Origin: Gemmatimonadaceae bacterium
GTDB taxonomy: Bacteria > Gemmatimonadota > Gemmatimonadetes > Gemmatimonadales > Gemmatimonadaceae
Direction of reading: 5' to 3'
NCBI GenBank assembly: GCA_051859245.1
Contig: JBHYGA010000006.1
Span: forward strand, 251,591 to 315,590
Length of the DNA: 64,000 nt
Position 1 is the stretch's first letter, and the number at the start of each line of letters is the position of its first letter. Position numbers and translations under genes: made by a program. Positions 38,101-47,638 of the stretch are shown one piece after another. The notes beneath the pieces are model-generated. The model was not told the DNA's origin. It saw only the letters and a list, made by a program, of their open reading frames with translations, and made no database searches.

Positions 38101-39195
38101 ATGCATCCAACGCCACCGTCGCCACACTGGGTCGTTCCCGCTCTGCTCATCGCGCTCGCGGCGTGCTCGAATTCCGCCGCGCTGGGTGATGATGTCGCTA
38201 TTGGCGTCGGCGCGCTACCAGGTCGTCCTGGCTATGAGAATGTCGTGCGCGGTGTGGAATTGGCCGTCGCCGAACTCAATCGCGCGCCGGGCGTTCGCTT
38301 TCGGGTCGCGCTGCCCTCGGACTCTGCGTCCAGTGCTGTCGCTGTCGCGGCAGCGCACCGGGCCGATCCGAGCGTGGCCGCCGTCGTGGGACACCCGGAA
38401 AGCGGCAATACCCAGCTGGCGATCCCCGTCTACGCCGCGGTGGGCGAAGGCGGCGTGAACGCCGTCGCGGCCATTTCCCCGACCGCCTCCAGTCCGGCCC
38501 TGTCCGGCATCAGCCCCTGGTTTTTCCGCGTCGCGCCCAGCGACGAGGCCGGCGCCCGGGACGTGGCGCGTTACGCCTACGACTCCCTGGGCTTCCGGAC
38601 AGCAGCCATCGTCTATCGGAACGACAGTTACGGTCGTGACTGGACCACGGCCTACGCTCAAACGTGGCGCGAACTCGGTGGACGCATCGTAGTCCGCGAT
38701 CCGTACCTCGCGGATCAGACGGACTGGGACCTGTACGCCATGAACATCGCCGGCCGGAATCCCGACGTGGTGTTGTTTCCGGGCGACGGAGGGGACGCCG
38801 CGATCTTTCTGCGCGCCCTGCGCACCGCCGGCGCCCGCGCCCAGTTCATTGGCGGCGACGGCACGGAAGCCCTGGCGCAGCAGCCCGAGTTTGCGGGCGC
38901 GCGCTACGTGACCTTTTTTCAGGCCGATCGCGCCACCAGCGCCGAGGCCCAGCAGTTCCTCAAGGCCTGGCAAGGGGCCTACCGTGACCCGCCAGACATG
39001 TTCGGCGCCCTCTCCTATGATGCCGCCATGGCGATCGGCGCGGCCGTTCGCAACGCCTCCCCGCGCACCAGGGAGGGCATCCGCAACGCCATCGCGGCAC
39101 TCTCGATCAATGGTGTCGCCGGCCGTATTGCCTTCGATCCGACCTCACACGATGTGATCGGGCGCAGTGTTGTTGTCTCGACGGTGAGGCCGTAA
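38101..39195 (+). CDS. LivJ/LivK-like type I periplasmic binding lipoprotein
   Basis: Lipobox [44 protein letters not shown] motifs. Confidence 0.88.
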   Translation: MHPTPPSPHWVVPALLIALAACSNSAALGDDVAIGVGALPGRPGYENVVRGVELAVAELNRAPGVRFRVALPSDSASSAVAVAAAHRADPSVAAVVGHPESGNTQLAIPVYAAVGEGGVNAVAAISPTASSPALSGISPWFFRVAPSDEAGARDVARYAYDSLGFRTAAIVYRNDSYGRDWTTAYAQTWRELGGRIVVRDPYLADQTDWDLYAMNIAGRNPDVVLFPGDGGDAAIFLRALRTAGARAQFIGGDGTEALAQQPEFAGARYVTFFQADRATSAEAQQFLKAWQGAYRDPPDMFGALSYDAAMAIGAAVRNASPRTREGIRNAIAALSINGVAGRIAFDPTSHDVIGRSVVVSTVRP

Positions 39196-39200
39196 CCCCC

Positions 39201-40916
39201 ATGGCCGGTTTCCTTCGACTCGGAACGATCCGCGCTCGCCTGCTGGCGGGCTTTGGCGCGTCCATTGGACTGCTGTTGCTCGCCGGAATTCTCGCCTGGC
39301 TAGGACTCCAGCGTACTAACCTGCAATCCGAGCAGACGGTGGCGCAGCTATCGGCCAAAACAGAGCTCGCCGAACGCGTGATTACCGGAATTCTCCGTGA
39401 AGTGGTTGGTGGACTCCGGTATCTGCAGGTCCGCACCAGCGATGAAGCAGAGCGCTATCGCAATCTCGCCAGCGAAGCCGACCGCCTGCTCCGAGCCGCC
39501 AGCGCCGACACCATTCTCGGGGACCGCGAACGCATGGTCCTTGAACGCGTGTCGCAAATGCAGGCGTTACTCGAAGTGCGGATCGCCAGCGCGGCCGCGC
39601 TGCAAGCACTGAATCGCAACGCCGAAGCCACGCTGGTTCTCGACCAAACATCGCAGGACATCGGCCGCATCGAGGAACAACTGCGGGAGTTGCGTGACGC
39701 CGTGCGAACCGGCACGGACGTTGCCGTTTCCGACATGGCCGCCACGCAGCGCCAAAGCGAATTGTCATTGGCCGTGGTCATTCTGCTCGCGTTTTTTGTG
39801 GCCGCGTTCTTTGGTCTGACTACATCGCGCGCCGTATCGCGTCCGCTTGGCGCATTGCAGTCGGAAATGGGCGCGATTGGCGCCGGCGACTTGCGTGTCC
39901 CAGACGAACCACTCGACCGCAGCGAGATTGCCGCCGAGTACGCCGATTTGCTCGGCGCGATGTCGCAGGCCCGTGAACGACTGCGCACGCTGTTGCAGGA
40001 AGTGAAAGTGGAAGCCGACCAGGTCACGCTCGCGGCAAGTGAACTAACCGCGTCGGCATCGGCTGCAGCAGCGTCATCACAGCATGTGACGTCGGCCGTG
40101 ATGGACATTTCACACGGCGCCGCATTGCAACTCGACGCGCTGAACGCGGCCAGTGACGCGGTGCGCAAACTGGCCGAAGCGGGCGCGTCGATTGGTGAAG
40201 CGGCCGAAGATTCGGGATCGGCGGGTCACGATATCCGCGCCACGGCCAACGCCACGCGTGAACAGGTGCAGAAAGCGCTCGACGTGCTCGCCGCCGCTCG
40301 TCAAACGGTGCTGGAATCGCAGCAGGAGATGACCGCGCTGCGCGATGCGACGGGCGTTGTTGATGATTTTGTGAATGTAATTTCTGAAATCGCCACACAA
40401 ACAAACTTGCTCGCGTTGAACGCGGCCATTGAAGCGGCGCGCGCGGGTAGTGCGGGGCGAGGTTTTGCGGTGGTGGCGCAAGAGGTGCGCACACTTGCCG
40501 AACAGAGTGCGAATGCTGCTCACGAAGTCACGATCAGTGTGAAGCGCATTCGTGGACGGCTTGCCAGTGCGTCACAGTCCGTCGAAGCCGGCGCCACGCG
40601 CATGCGTGATGTTGGTGGTGTGGCGTCTGACGTCTCGGTCGCGCTCTCGCGCATTGAGAGTGTGGTGGAACGCGTAGAATCGTCCACCAGTCGTGTTGTG
40701 TCGGCCGTCACCGCCAATCGTTCGTCGCTCGGTGCCGTTCAACATTCGCTCACCAGCGCGCGCGATACCTCAGAAGGGCACGCGGCGGCCGCGCAGGAAG
40801 TCGCCGCCAGCACGGAGGAAACGAGCGCCTCAGCAGAAGAGGTCTCGGCCACGGCCGAAATGCTGCAGACGGCGAGCGTGCGACTGCGTTCGCTCGTGAG
40901 CGAGTTCCGAACGTAG
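39201..40916 (+). CDS. Transmembrane methyl-accepting chemotaxis protein
   Basis: Two TMs around a helical periplasmic domain; [24 protein letters not shown]. Confidence 0.93.
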   Translation: MAGFLRLGTIRARLLAGFGASIGLLLLAGILAWLGLQRTNLQSEQTVAQLSAKTELAERVITGILREVVGGLRYLQVRTSDEAERYRNLASEADRLLRAASADTILGDRERMVLERVSQMQALLEVRIASAAALQALNRNAEATLVLDQTSQDIGRIEEQLRELRDAVRTGTDVAVSDMAATQRQSELSLAVVILLAFFVAAFFGLTTSRAVSRPLGALQSEMGAIGAGDLRVPDEPLDRSEIAAEYADLLGAMSQARERLRTLLQEVKVEADQVTLAASELTASASAAAASSQHVTSAVMDISHGAALQLDALNAASDAVRKLAEAGASIGEAAEDSGSAGHDIRATANATREQVQKALDVLAAARQTVLESQQEMTALRDATGVVDDFVNVISEIATQTNLLALNAAIEAARAGSAGRGFAVVAQEVRTLAEQSANAAHEVTISVKRIRGRLASASQSVEAGATRMRDVGGVASDVSVALSRIESVVERVESSTSRVVSAVTANRSSLGAVQHSLTSARDTSEGHAAAAQEVAASTEETSASAEEVSATAEMLQTASVRLRSLVSEFRT

Positions 40917-40971
40917 CACAACGGCACAACGGCACAACGCCACAACGGCACAACGCCACAACGGCACGACG
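40916..40971. repeat. 8-bp tandem repeat x7
   Basis: (G/C)CACAACG seven times (last unit GCACGACG), starting at the MCP stop codon. Confidence 0.95.
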
Positions 40972-41053
40972 ATTCGCCCATTTTGCCACGAATCTCGCTC
41001 CAGAAGTGCCAAAAGCGCTGGAATCACGGGCCGAGTTATGGCATGTTTCAGTG

Positions 41054-41401
41054 ATGCGAAACGCTCAGCGATTCTGGCCACTGCTTGCGGCGGCGATCTT
41101 GCTGCCCATGCACCTCAAGCTCGACAAGTCGGATCCCAAAGCCGACTCCGCGCTCAACGCATCACCCAAGGCCGTGAGCCTGTGGTTCTCGCAAGCGGTT
41201 GAACTGCCGGCCACAAAAATCACGCTCACGAACGCGGCGAAACAAGACGTCGCGACCAAAGCGTTAGCGAAGGCGGCGGATGGCGCCATCGTTGCGGCAA
41301 TCGAAGCGCCGCTCGCCGCCGGAAAGTACAACGTGTCTTGGCGCACGATGGCCAAAGACGGCCACGTGATCAAAGGCGAGTTTGCGTTTTCGGTGAAGTA
41401 A
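41054..41401 (+). CDS. copC: Periplasmic copper-binding protein CopC
   Basis: Signal peptide, then H-LKLDKSDP; LWFSQ; YNVSWRTMAKDGHVIKGEFAF. Confidence 0.88.
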   Translation: MRNAQRFWPLLAAAILLPMHLKLDKSDPKADSALNASPKAVSLWFSQAVELPATKITLTNAAKQDVATKALAKAADGAIVAAIEAPLAAGKYNVSWRTMAKDGHVIKGEFAFSVK

Positions 41402-41429
41402 TCGGCAGCTACTCGCTGCCGCGAACTTA

Positions 41430-43478
41430 CTACCGCAGCGTCATCGTGATGCGCAGCGTGCGGCCTGGCTGAGGCAGGCCGCACTGATCGTACACGGCTG
41501 TGTTGCCCACGTTGTCGAACGAGAACAACGCCCGCAAGAATCGGAAAGGCCCACTGTTGGCCACGCGGAAGTCACGCTGCACTGCCAGATCACCCACCGT
41601 GCGCGCCGCCAGCTGGTCTTCGTTGCCCGAGTCGCCATTGAGGCAGTACTGGGTGCCGGTATAACGCGCCGTAGCAAACGCGCGCAGCTGCATCGCCACT
41701 GGTACACCCACTTCCACGCGCCCGCGACGCTCGGGATTGTTCTCCGGACGACGCTGCGAACCCGGCGCCGTCTGATCAACAATCCGAATGCGCTGCAACG
41801 TGGCGTCACCGTTCACGGTGATCGAACGCATCGCATCATCTCCGAACACCAATCCACCAAGCAACTCCACACCGGCACTCTCAATGCGATCACGATTCAC
41901 ACGCTGAAATCGTGTGGGGTTTTGCAGCGTGATGCGCACAACCGCGTCGTCCAACTGATGGTGAAAGCCGATCAGCTGAAACGTGGATTGCGCGAGCGAC
42001 GGCAACACGCCGTTCAGGCTCACACCGCCCTCAACGCCAAGCAACGTCTCGGGCTTAAGCTCCGGATTCGGAATAAAGCGGTTCAACGCGCCGGAATACA
42101 GTTCACGGAGCGCCGGAAAACGTGATCGTTCACTGGCACTCGCGTGCAGCCGTACACGCGCGTTCACTGCGTGTGAGAGTCCTACGCGCCAGCCGCTATT
42201 GGCAAACGGTTCCTGCCCGGGAGTACGTCCACCCGTCTCGGGTGTACTCGACTGATCGAACACCACACCACCGGCGATCACCGTTCGCGCGTTGAGCGGC
42301 GCTTCAACTTCCACACCCGTACTGGCGAGTTTCTGTCGGTAATCCACCGGCGTTGCTGGTGACAGCGTTTCTTCGTAGCGCACATCTGCGTTGGTGTAGC
42401 TTGCGCGCAATGTCGCAATGCCCAGTGAATGCGTGAGCAGCGCGCGCGCCGTCGTGGTGCGCTCGTCACCCAGCTCCTGGCCGGTCACGAGTCCATAGTC
42501 GCGATCACCAAACGTTTCGATCTTGAACGTCCCAGTGTTCACGCCCACGCCAACTTCAAGCGAGCCGGTGCCGAAGGGTGTGGTGAGCAGTCCGGTGTTG
42601 GCCGAGAACATGGCCACGTTCCGCCGCGCAAACGGATAGCGCCACAATCTGGGCGACGCGAGATGTTCTTCCGGCGGCACACCGCGTTCCGCATCGTAAC
42701 CAGAGATCATCACACCAAGCGTGCGGCCAAGCGTGTTGCTCCAGCGCAGCGACGCGAATCCATCGGTCTGCTTGAGATCCGTGCCCGTGCGCAGTCCGTT
42801 CTGTTCCGTGGGATCAATCGCGCCGTTGGGCAGCGCCACTCCATCGCGCTGTCTGTATGCACCGCCCGCGCGCAACGACAACGCACCGCCTGCAAACTCC
42901 GCCACACGTCGACCGTAGCCGAGTGTGCCCACGGTCGCCCCGTATTGATCAAGTCCGGCGCCGGCCCACAACTGTCCGCCCGCCGGCTGGCCCGACGCGT
43001 CGTGTGAAATCTCGATGGATCCACCGAGTGTGTTGGGGCCGTTGAGCAGCGAGCCCAGCCCACGAACAATCACCAGTCGCTCAGATCCCGTGATTGGAAC
43101 CAGCGACGGATCGGTACGATGATCCCAGCCGAGCGTCATCGGCACGCCGTCCATGAGCACGGCCGCCTGTCGTGAGTCCGAGCCGCGTACGGAGATTTCC
43201 ATTTCGCCGCGCGAGTTCTGACGCACCAGCACGAACGGCGATTCGCGCAGTGCCTGATCCAGCAGCGGCGCCGGTGACGAGCGCAGTTCGCTCGGTGTGA
43301 TCACCACAGCCGCGGCGCCACCAACCATGGCCGCGGCCCGTGACGCGCTCACGCTGACCGGTGTAATGGTCTGGCCGGTGGAATCTCGTCGCGCGGTATC
43401 CTGGCCCGCCTGGGCACTCAGTGATGACGTGGTGACGGAAGCGGCAATCAGACTGATCAGACAGACCGGAACGCGCAT
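41430..43478 (-). CDS. TonB-dependent receptor
   Basis: Signal peptide; TonB-box-like TITPVSVSASR; plug ISVRG...VLMDGVP...IVRG..SLLNG; RFPALRELY, NPELKPET, PQPGRTL; start ATG 43478. Confidence 0.9.
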   Translation of the reverse strand: MRVPVCLISLIAASVTTSSLSAQAGQDTARRDSTGQTITPVSVSASRAAAMVGGAAAVVITPSELRSSPAPLLDQALRESPFVLVRQNSRGEMEISVRGSDSRQAAVLMDGVPMTLGWDHRTDPSLVPITGSERLVIVRGLGSLLNGPNTLGGSIEISHDASGQPAGGQLWAGAGLDQYGATVGTLGYGRRVAEFAGGALSLRAGGAYRQRDGVALPNGAIDPTEQNGLRTGTDLKQTDGFASLRWSNTLGRTLGVMISGYDAERGVPPEEHLASPRLWRYPFARRNVAMFSANTGLLTTPFGTGSLEVGVGVNTGTFKIETFGDRDYGLVTGQELGDERTTTARALLTHSLGIATLRASYTNADVRYEETLSPATPVDYRQKLASTGVEVEAPLNARTVIAGGVVFDQSSTPETGGRTPGQEPFANSGWRVGLSHAVNARVRLHASASERSRFPALRELYSGALNRFIPNPELKPETLLGVEGGVSLNGVLPSLAQSTFQLIGFHHQLDDAVVRITLQNPTRFQRVNRDRIESAGVELLGGLVFGDDAMRSITVNGDATLQRIRIVDQTAPGSQRRPENNPERRGRVEVGVPVAMQLRAFATARYTGTQYCLNGDSGNEDQLAARTVGDLAVQRDFRVANSGPFRFLRALFSFDNVGNTAVYDQCGLPQPGRTLRITMTLR

Positions 43479-43610
43479 CAAACTCACGAACGAGGGGACT
43501 GGGGACACGCAGGTGCGGTGTGCCGTGGCGAGTACCCCAACAACGCGCCCGACGCCCGGTTTGTTGGCGCGTGGGGGGCGGCGGGCTCGCGACCGATCGA
43601 GCCGACTCCG

Positions 43611-43868
43611 ATGGCACTCAATGGTGCGCTGATCTGGACGTTCATTCTGGCCCTCCCTCTGCCCGGTGTGCTCACCGTACCAGCCGATCGCACGCTCTAC
43701 TTCAAGCTCCCCATTGAGGGCGTTCGCCTTTACTGGGAGTTTCAGGATCCGGCCGCCTTTCTCGGGTGGAACGGCGCGAAACCCGCCGACGAGGATGATC
43801 GCGGCTTTTGCCGCACCTTCATGCGGGAACGAGGCGTCGACGGGCGTCTGTGCGGTTCGCATCACTGA
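43611..43868 (+). CDS. Small hypothetical protein
   Basis: 85 aa from ATG 43611; hydrophobic N-terminus; GC3-biased codons; fills the gap between two minus-strand genes. Confidence 0.35.
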   Translation: MALNGALIWTFILALPLPGVLTVPADRTLYFKLPIEGVRLYWEFQDPAAFLGWNGAKPADEDDRGFCRTFMRERGVDGRLCGSHH

Positions 43869-43907
43869 GAACCGTACACGACGCGCCGCCGTGTGTCGCG
43901 GATGCGA

Positions 43908-45050
43908 CTACTGCATCGCCTCGACAATCACCCCACGTTCCGCCAGCATGGCCAGATACTTGTCCGCTGGCACGCACTCATCCGGCGTGTGCACACCGGG
44001 ACGAATCACACCCGTGGCCTGCAGCTGCGATGTGATCGACAACGTGAAGCCCGTGGTCTGCATCATGGCTGTGAGTCCGTTCTTCTCGTCGTAACGCGCG
44101 ACCATTTGCCAGGCGCGTTCCGCTGGCTCACCGTTCTTGGTACCCGTGACCACCACGCGCAGCGCAACGAGATCCTTGCCGCCAGGCTTGCGCAGTTTTT
44201 CGCCGGCCACTTTCACAAACACATCACGCGGCACCACAGACTGACCCTTCACGTCGACCGGGTCGAGTGACAGCAATCCCAGATCGCGAATCGCTTCCAT
44301 GATGCGCGCGTGTCCGGGGTAGCGGAGCGTTTTGTATTCCATGTTTGGAATCTTGCCGTCGTAGCGAAACGCCATCGTGGACAATCCACCCGCCGTGTGA
44401 AACGCTTCTAGCGTGCCCACTGGCTCGGGGAACTGCACCTGCTCTACTTCAGACAACGCCGGCAACGTTGCACGACGCCCGTCGCGCACCACCAGCGACT
44501 CGGTGGTGTAATAATCCACCACACCTTCGAGTGAATACACAATCTGATAGTTGAGCGGCGGCTCCGGATGTTGCGGCAACCCGCCCACGTACAACTTCAC
44601 CGTTGACGTGGTATCCAGCTGTGAGATGCCGTACTGCGCCAGAATATTCACCATACCCGGAGCAAGCCCCGTATCGGGCACAACACTCACACCTTTCGCT
44701 TCGGCGTCTGCTTCCAATCCCTTTTGCTGCAACACGATTTCGGTGTTGCCGCCGAGATCGGTAAAGTGCACGCCGCACTCCACCGCTAGCTGCGCGAGCG
44801 GAAAGTTGAAGTAGTAGGGAATCGCGCTGCACACCGCCGTGTTCTCGCGCATGAGCGCGCGCACGGCATCGTGATTGCGCACATCAAGTTCTGTTGTGAC
44901 AAGACGCGAGCCGACGTACGGCTGCAAGAATGCCGGCAGCGGGCCAATGCGCACATCGGCGAGCACGACGCGCTCAACCGCAGGATTTCGGAGCAGATCA
45001 AACGCACACGCTGAGCCTTGCAGCCCGGCGCCAAGAACGAGCATCCGCAT
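43908..45050 (-). CDS. Saccharopine dehydrogenase / lysine 6-dehydrogenase family protein
   Basis: LGAGLQG Rossmann motif; FTDLGG, GLAPG, YVGGLPQ, LEAFHT, YKTLRYPGH motifs. Confidence 0.9.
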   Translation of the reverse strand: MRMLVLGAGLQGSACAFDLLRNPAVERVVLADVRIGPLPAFLQPYVGSRLVTTELDVRNHDAVRALMRENTAVCSAIPYYFNFPLAQLAVECGVHFTDLGGNTEIVLQQKGLEADAEAKGVSVVPDTGLAPGMVNILAQYGISQLDTTSTVKLYVGGLPQHPEPPLNYQIVYSLEGVVDYYTTESLVVRDGRRATLPALSEVEQVQFPEPVGTLEAFHTAGGLSTMAFRYDGKIPNMEYKTLRYPGHARIMEAIRDLGLLSLDPVDVKGQSVVPRDVFVKVAGEKLRKPGGKDLVALRVVVTGTKNGEPAERAWQMVARYDEKNGLTAMMQTTGFTLSITSQLQATGVIRPGVHTPDECVPADKYLAMLAERGVIVEAMQ

Positions 45051-45161
45051 GGAGGGATCTCCGAACGGGGAAGTGTCAGGGGGAGTGAACCCCGAAAGCT
45101 AACCAGCGGGCATCGCTCCCGGACAGCAGCGGCCACCGATGCGGCAGCCTCGACCGTTCCG

Positions 45162-46640
45162 TTACCGCCGAACCCTGTCCCGCCCCTCGGCTTTCGCCCG
45201 ATAAAGCGCCGCGTCGGCGCTGGCGAACAGATCTTCTACTGACTCAATGCGCGCGGCCGGAAATGTGGCCACACCGATACTGGCCGTAATGGTCAGCCCT
45301 TCTTCACGGGGACGAGTGGCGAACGCGTGTGACGCAATCGCGGCCCGCACACGTTCAGCAAACGCCACACCGCCTGCATCGTCTGTTTCCGGCAACAGAA
45401 TCAGGAACTCTTCACCTCCGTAGCGCGCCACCACATCGTTGCCACGCACGAGCTCCGTGAGCAGCGACGCGGTATCACGCAACACGTCGTCACCAATCAG
45501 GTGTCCGTACGTGTCGTTCACCCGCTTGAAGTGATCAAGATCAATCATGAGCAGCGCGAGCGACGAGTCGTAACGCAGCGCCCGCTCCATTTCGGCCGTG
45601 ATCGATTCCGACAGCGCGCGTCGATTGAGCAGCTGCGTGAGCGGATCGGTTTGCACCAACTGCTCGAGACGCGCGTTGTCAGCCATGGTGTGCTCCACCA
45701 TGCGCGCACGCTGAATCACCGCGACTGCCGCAGTAATCACCGCTTCGGCGAACTCCAGATCTGCCGGACCCAGCGCTGACTGCTCACGCGTGCGACGCAC
45801 GAGAAACACGCCGTACACTCCACGATCGACCGTGAATGGCAACGCAATCACCGATCGGATATTCACTTCAATACCTTCGAGTCCCCACACCTGACGCACA
45901 CCTTCATACAGCGGATGCGTCGCGATGTCTTCCACCAGCACCGGCTGTCCGGTTTCAAGCGCCGCTTCAATCTCGGGATATCGATCCAGCGACACTTCAA
46001 GGTGCGTGATCTTGGGATTCTCAACGGCGGCCACCACCGTCACGGTACGCGTGCCCGTTTTTGCCAGAATCACCGAGCAGTGCGACACGCCGAGCGCGCG
46101 CGCCGCTCGACCGACGAGAAGCTGATACAACTCGGACACCGACAGATCGCCTGTGACCTCATGCAGAATATCCACGAGCTTGCGACGGCTCTCGGCGTCT
46201 TCCTGCGCACGATGGAGCGCCGCCTCGGTTCGCTGCAATGCGTCGCGCGTGGATCGGAACACGGCCCCGTGACGCAGGTGCGCCTGAACACGCGCCAGCA
46301 GTTCTTTCGGTCGAAACGGTTTGCGAATAAAGTCCACCGCGCCCAAACCCAGCGCGCGAACCGACGCATCTTCGGGCGGGAGCGACGACAGCATTAACAC
46401 CGGTACATCGCGCCACCGCTCGTCGGCCTTGAGCTTCTCGAGCAGCAGATAGCCTTCGGTGTCGGGCAACAGAATATCGAGCAGCATCAGATCGGGCGTG
46501 CGCTCCCCAAGTTGCTCCAGACAGGCTTCGCCGCTCGACGCACGCGCCACGTCGTAGCCATTTTCCTTGAGCAACCAGCCGATCGACTCCAGCACCGCTG
46601 GATCGTCGTCGACCACCAGAATACGCGCACCCGCCGCCAT
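45162..46640 (-). CDS. REC-GAF-GGDEF diguanylate cyclase
   Basis: REC (VDDD, LLDILLP, KP); central GAF-like domain; DPLTQLLNRR, DLDHFKRVND, RGND I-site, GGEEF. Confidence 0.92.
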   Translation of the reverse strand: MAAGARILVVDDDPAVLESIGWLLKENGYDVARASSGEACLEQLGERTPDLMLLDILLPDTEGYLLLEKLKADERWRDVPVLMLSSLPPEDASVRALGLGAVDFIRKPFRPKELLARVQAHLRHGAVFRSTRDALQRTEAALHRAQEDAESRRKLVDILHEVTGDLSVSELYQLLVGRAARALGVSHCSVILAKTGTRTVTVVAAVENPKITHLEVSLDRYPEIEAALETGQPVLVEDIATHPLYEGVRQVWGLEGIEVNIRSVIALPFTVDRGVYGVFLVRRTREQSALGPADLEFAEAVITAAVAVIQRARMVEHTMADNARLEQLVQTDPLTQLLNRRALSESITAEMERALRYDSSLALLMIDLDHFKRVNDTYGHLIGDDVLRDTASLLTELVRGNDVVARYGGEEFLILLPETDDAGGVAFAERVRAAIASHAFATRPREEGLTITASIGVATFPAARIESVEDLFASADAALYRAKAEGRDRVRR

Positions 46641-47638
46641 TAGCGTGCTACCACTTCATCGGCCATCGCGCCGTCGGATACATGCTCGAGCAATCCATCC
46701 CACTCGATATTGCCGCCGCTGAGCAGCGCGACGATGGGTCCATCTGATGGAACCTTTCCTTCCATCACCGCCGTGAGCGTAATCGCGCCACTGGGTTCGG
46801 TGACCAGCTTCATGCGGTCGAGCAGAAAGCGCATCGCACAACGAATGGGCCCGTCGTCGACTTGCACGACCGAGTCTGCGAGCACCGACAAGTGATCCCA
46901 GTTGCGATCGCCAAGTCGCACGCCGAGTAACCCATCTGGAATCCCGCTCGTTATGTCCAGCGTGATCGGACCGCCGTTGGCAATTGCGCGCGAAAGTTTG
47001 CGCGCGCCCGACGGCTCCACACACACAATGCGTGCCTCAGGCTTGCGCGCCTTGATGGCGGCGGCCACGCCTGATGCCAAACCACCACCGCCAACCGGCA
47101 CCACCACGGTAGCCGTTTCCGGCAAGTCATCAAGAATCTCAAGGCCGGCCGTTCCCTGACCGGCAATGATCAGATCGTCATCAAACGGCGGCACCACGGT
47201 GGCGCCCGTTTCGCGCGCGATGGCATCCGCCCGCGCAATGCGCTCGATCGTGGTGGTACCAACAAGCTCAACCCGCGCACCGAGCCGCGCGCAGCCGGCT
47301 TGTTTGGCCGGCGACACGGTGGTTGGCATCACCACGGTACATGGCACGCCAAAATGCAGCGCCGCGTACGCCACGGCCTGCGCGTGGTTGCCGCTGGACG
47401 GCGCAATCACGCCGCGCGCACGCACGTCCGGGTCCATACTCGACACGTAGTTGAACGCGCCGCGCACCTTGAATGCGCCCACCCGCTGCAAACATTCCGC
47501 CTTCACCCACACACCATGCGGGAATTTTTCGCGCAGTGCATCAACGGGAAGCAATGGCGTGCGCAGCGCAACACCACGGAGGCGTTGCGCTGCAGCTTCC
47601 AGCTGCGGGAGACCAACCAGCGGCGTGGAATGGCTCAC
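46640..47638 (-). CDS. PLP-dependent threonine/serine dehydratase (serine-racemase-like, no ACT domain)
   Basis: GAFKVRG, SSGNHAQ, IIAGQGT, VGGGGL, EPSGA, SGGN motifs. Confidence 0.9.
   Translation of the reverse strand: MSHSTPLVGLPQLEAAAQRLRGVALRTPLLPVDALREKFPHGVWVKAECLQRVGAFKVRGAFNYVSSMDPDVRARGVIAPSSGNHAQAVAYAALHFGVPCTVVMPTTVSPAKQAGCARLGARVELVGTTTIERIARADAIARETGATVVPPFDDDLIIAGQGTAGLEILDDLPETATVVVPVGGGGLASGVAAAIKARKPEARIVCVEPSGARKLSRAIANGGPITLDITSGIPDGLLGVRLGDRNWDHLSVLADSVVQVDDGPIRCAMRFLLDRMKLVTEPSGAITLTAVMEGKVPSDGPIVALLSGGNIEWDGLLEHVSDGAMADEVVAR

Noticed and set aside
43479..43865. Long N-terminal extension of the TonB-dependent receptor, or a DUF2946-like leader
   Set aside because: The signal peptide starts at 43478; no minus-strand frame upstream gives a TM plus Cys motif plus a terminal Pro motif at a stop.
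45051..45161. Possible SRP RNA or riboswitch upstream of the saccharopine dehydrogenase gene
   Set aside because: Short, and lacks the SRP helix-8 and lysine-riboswitch consensus motifs.
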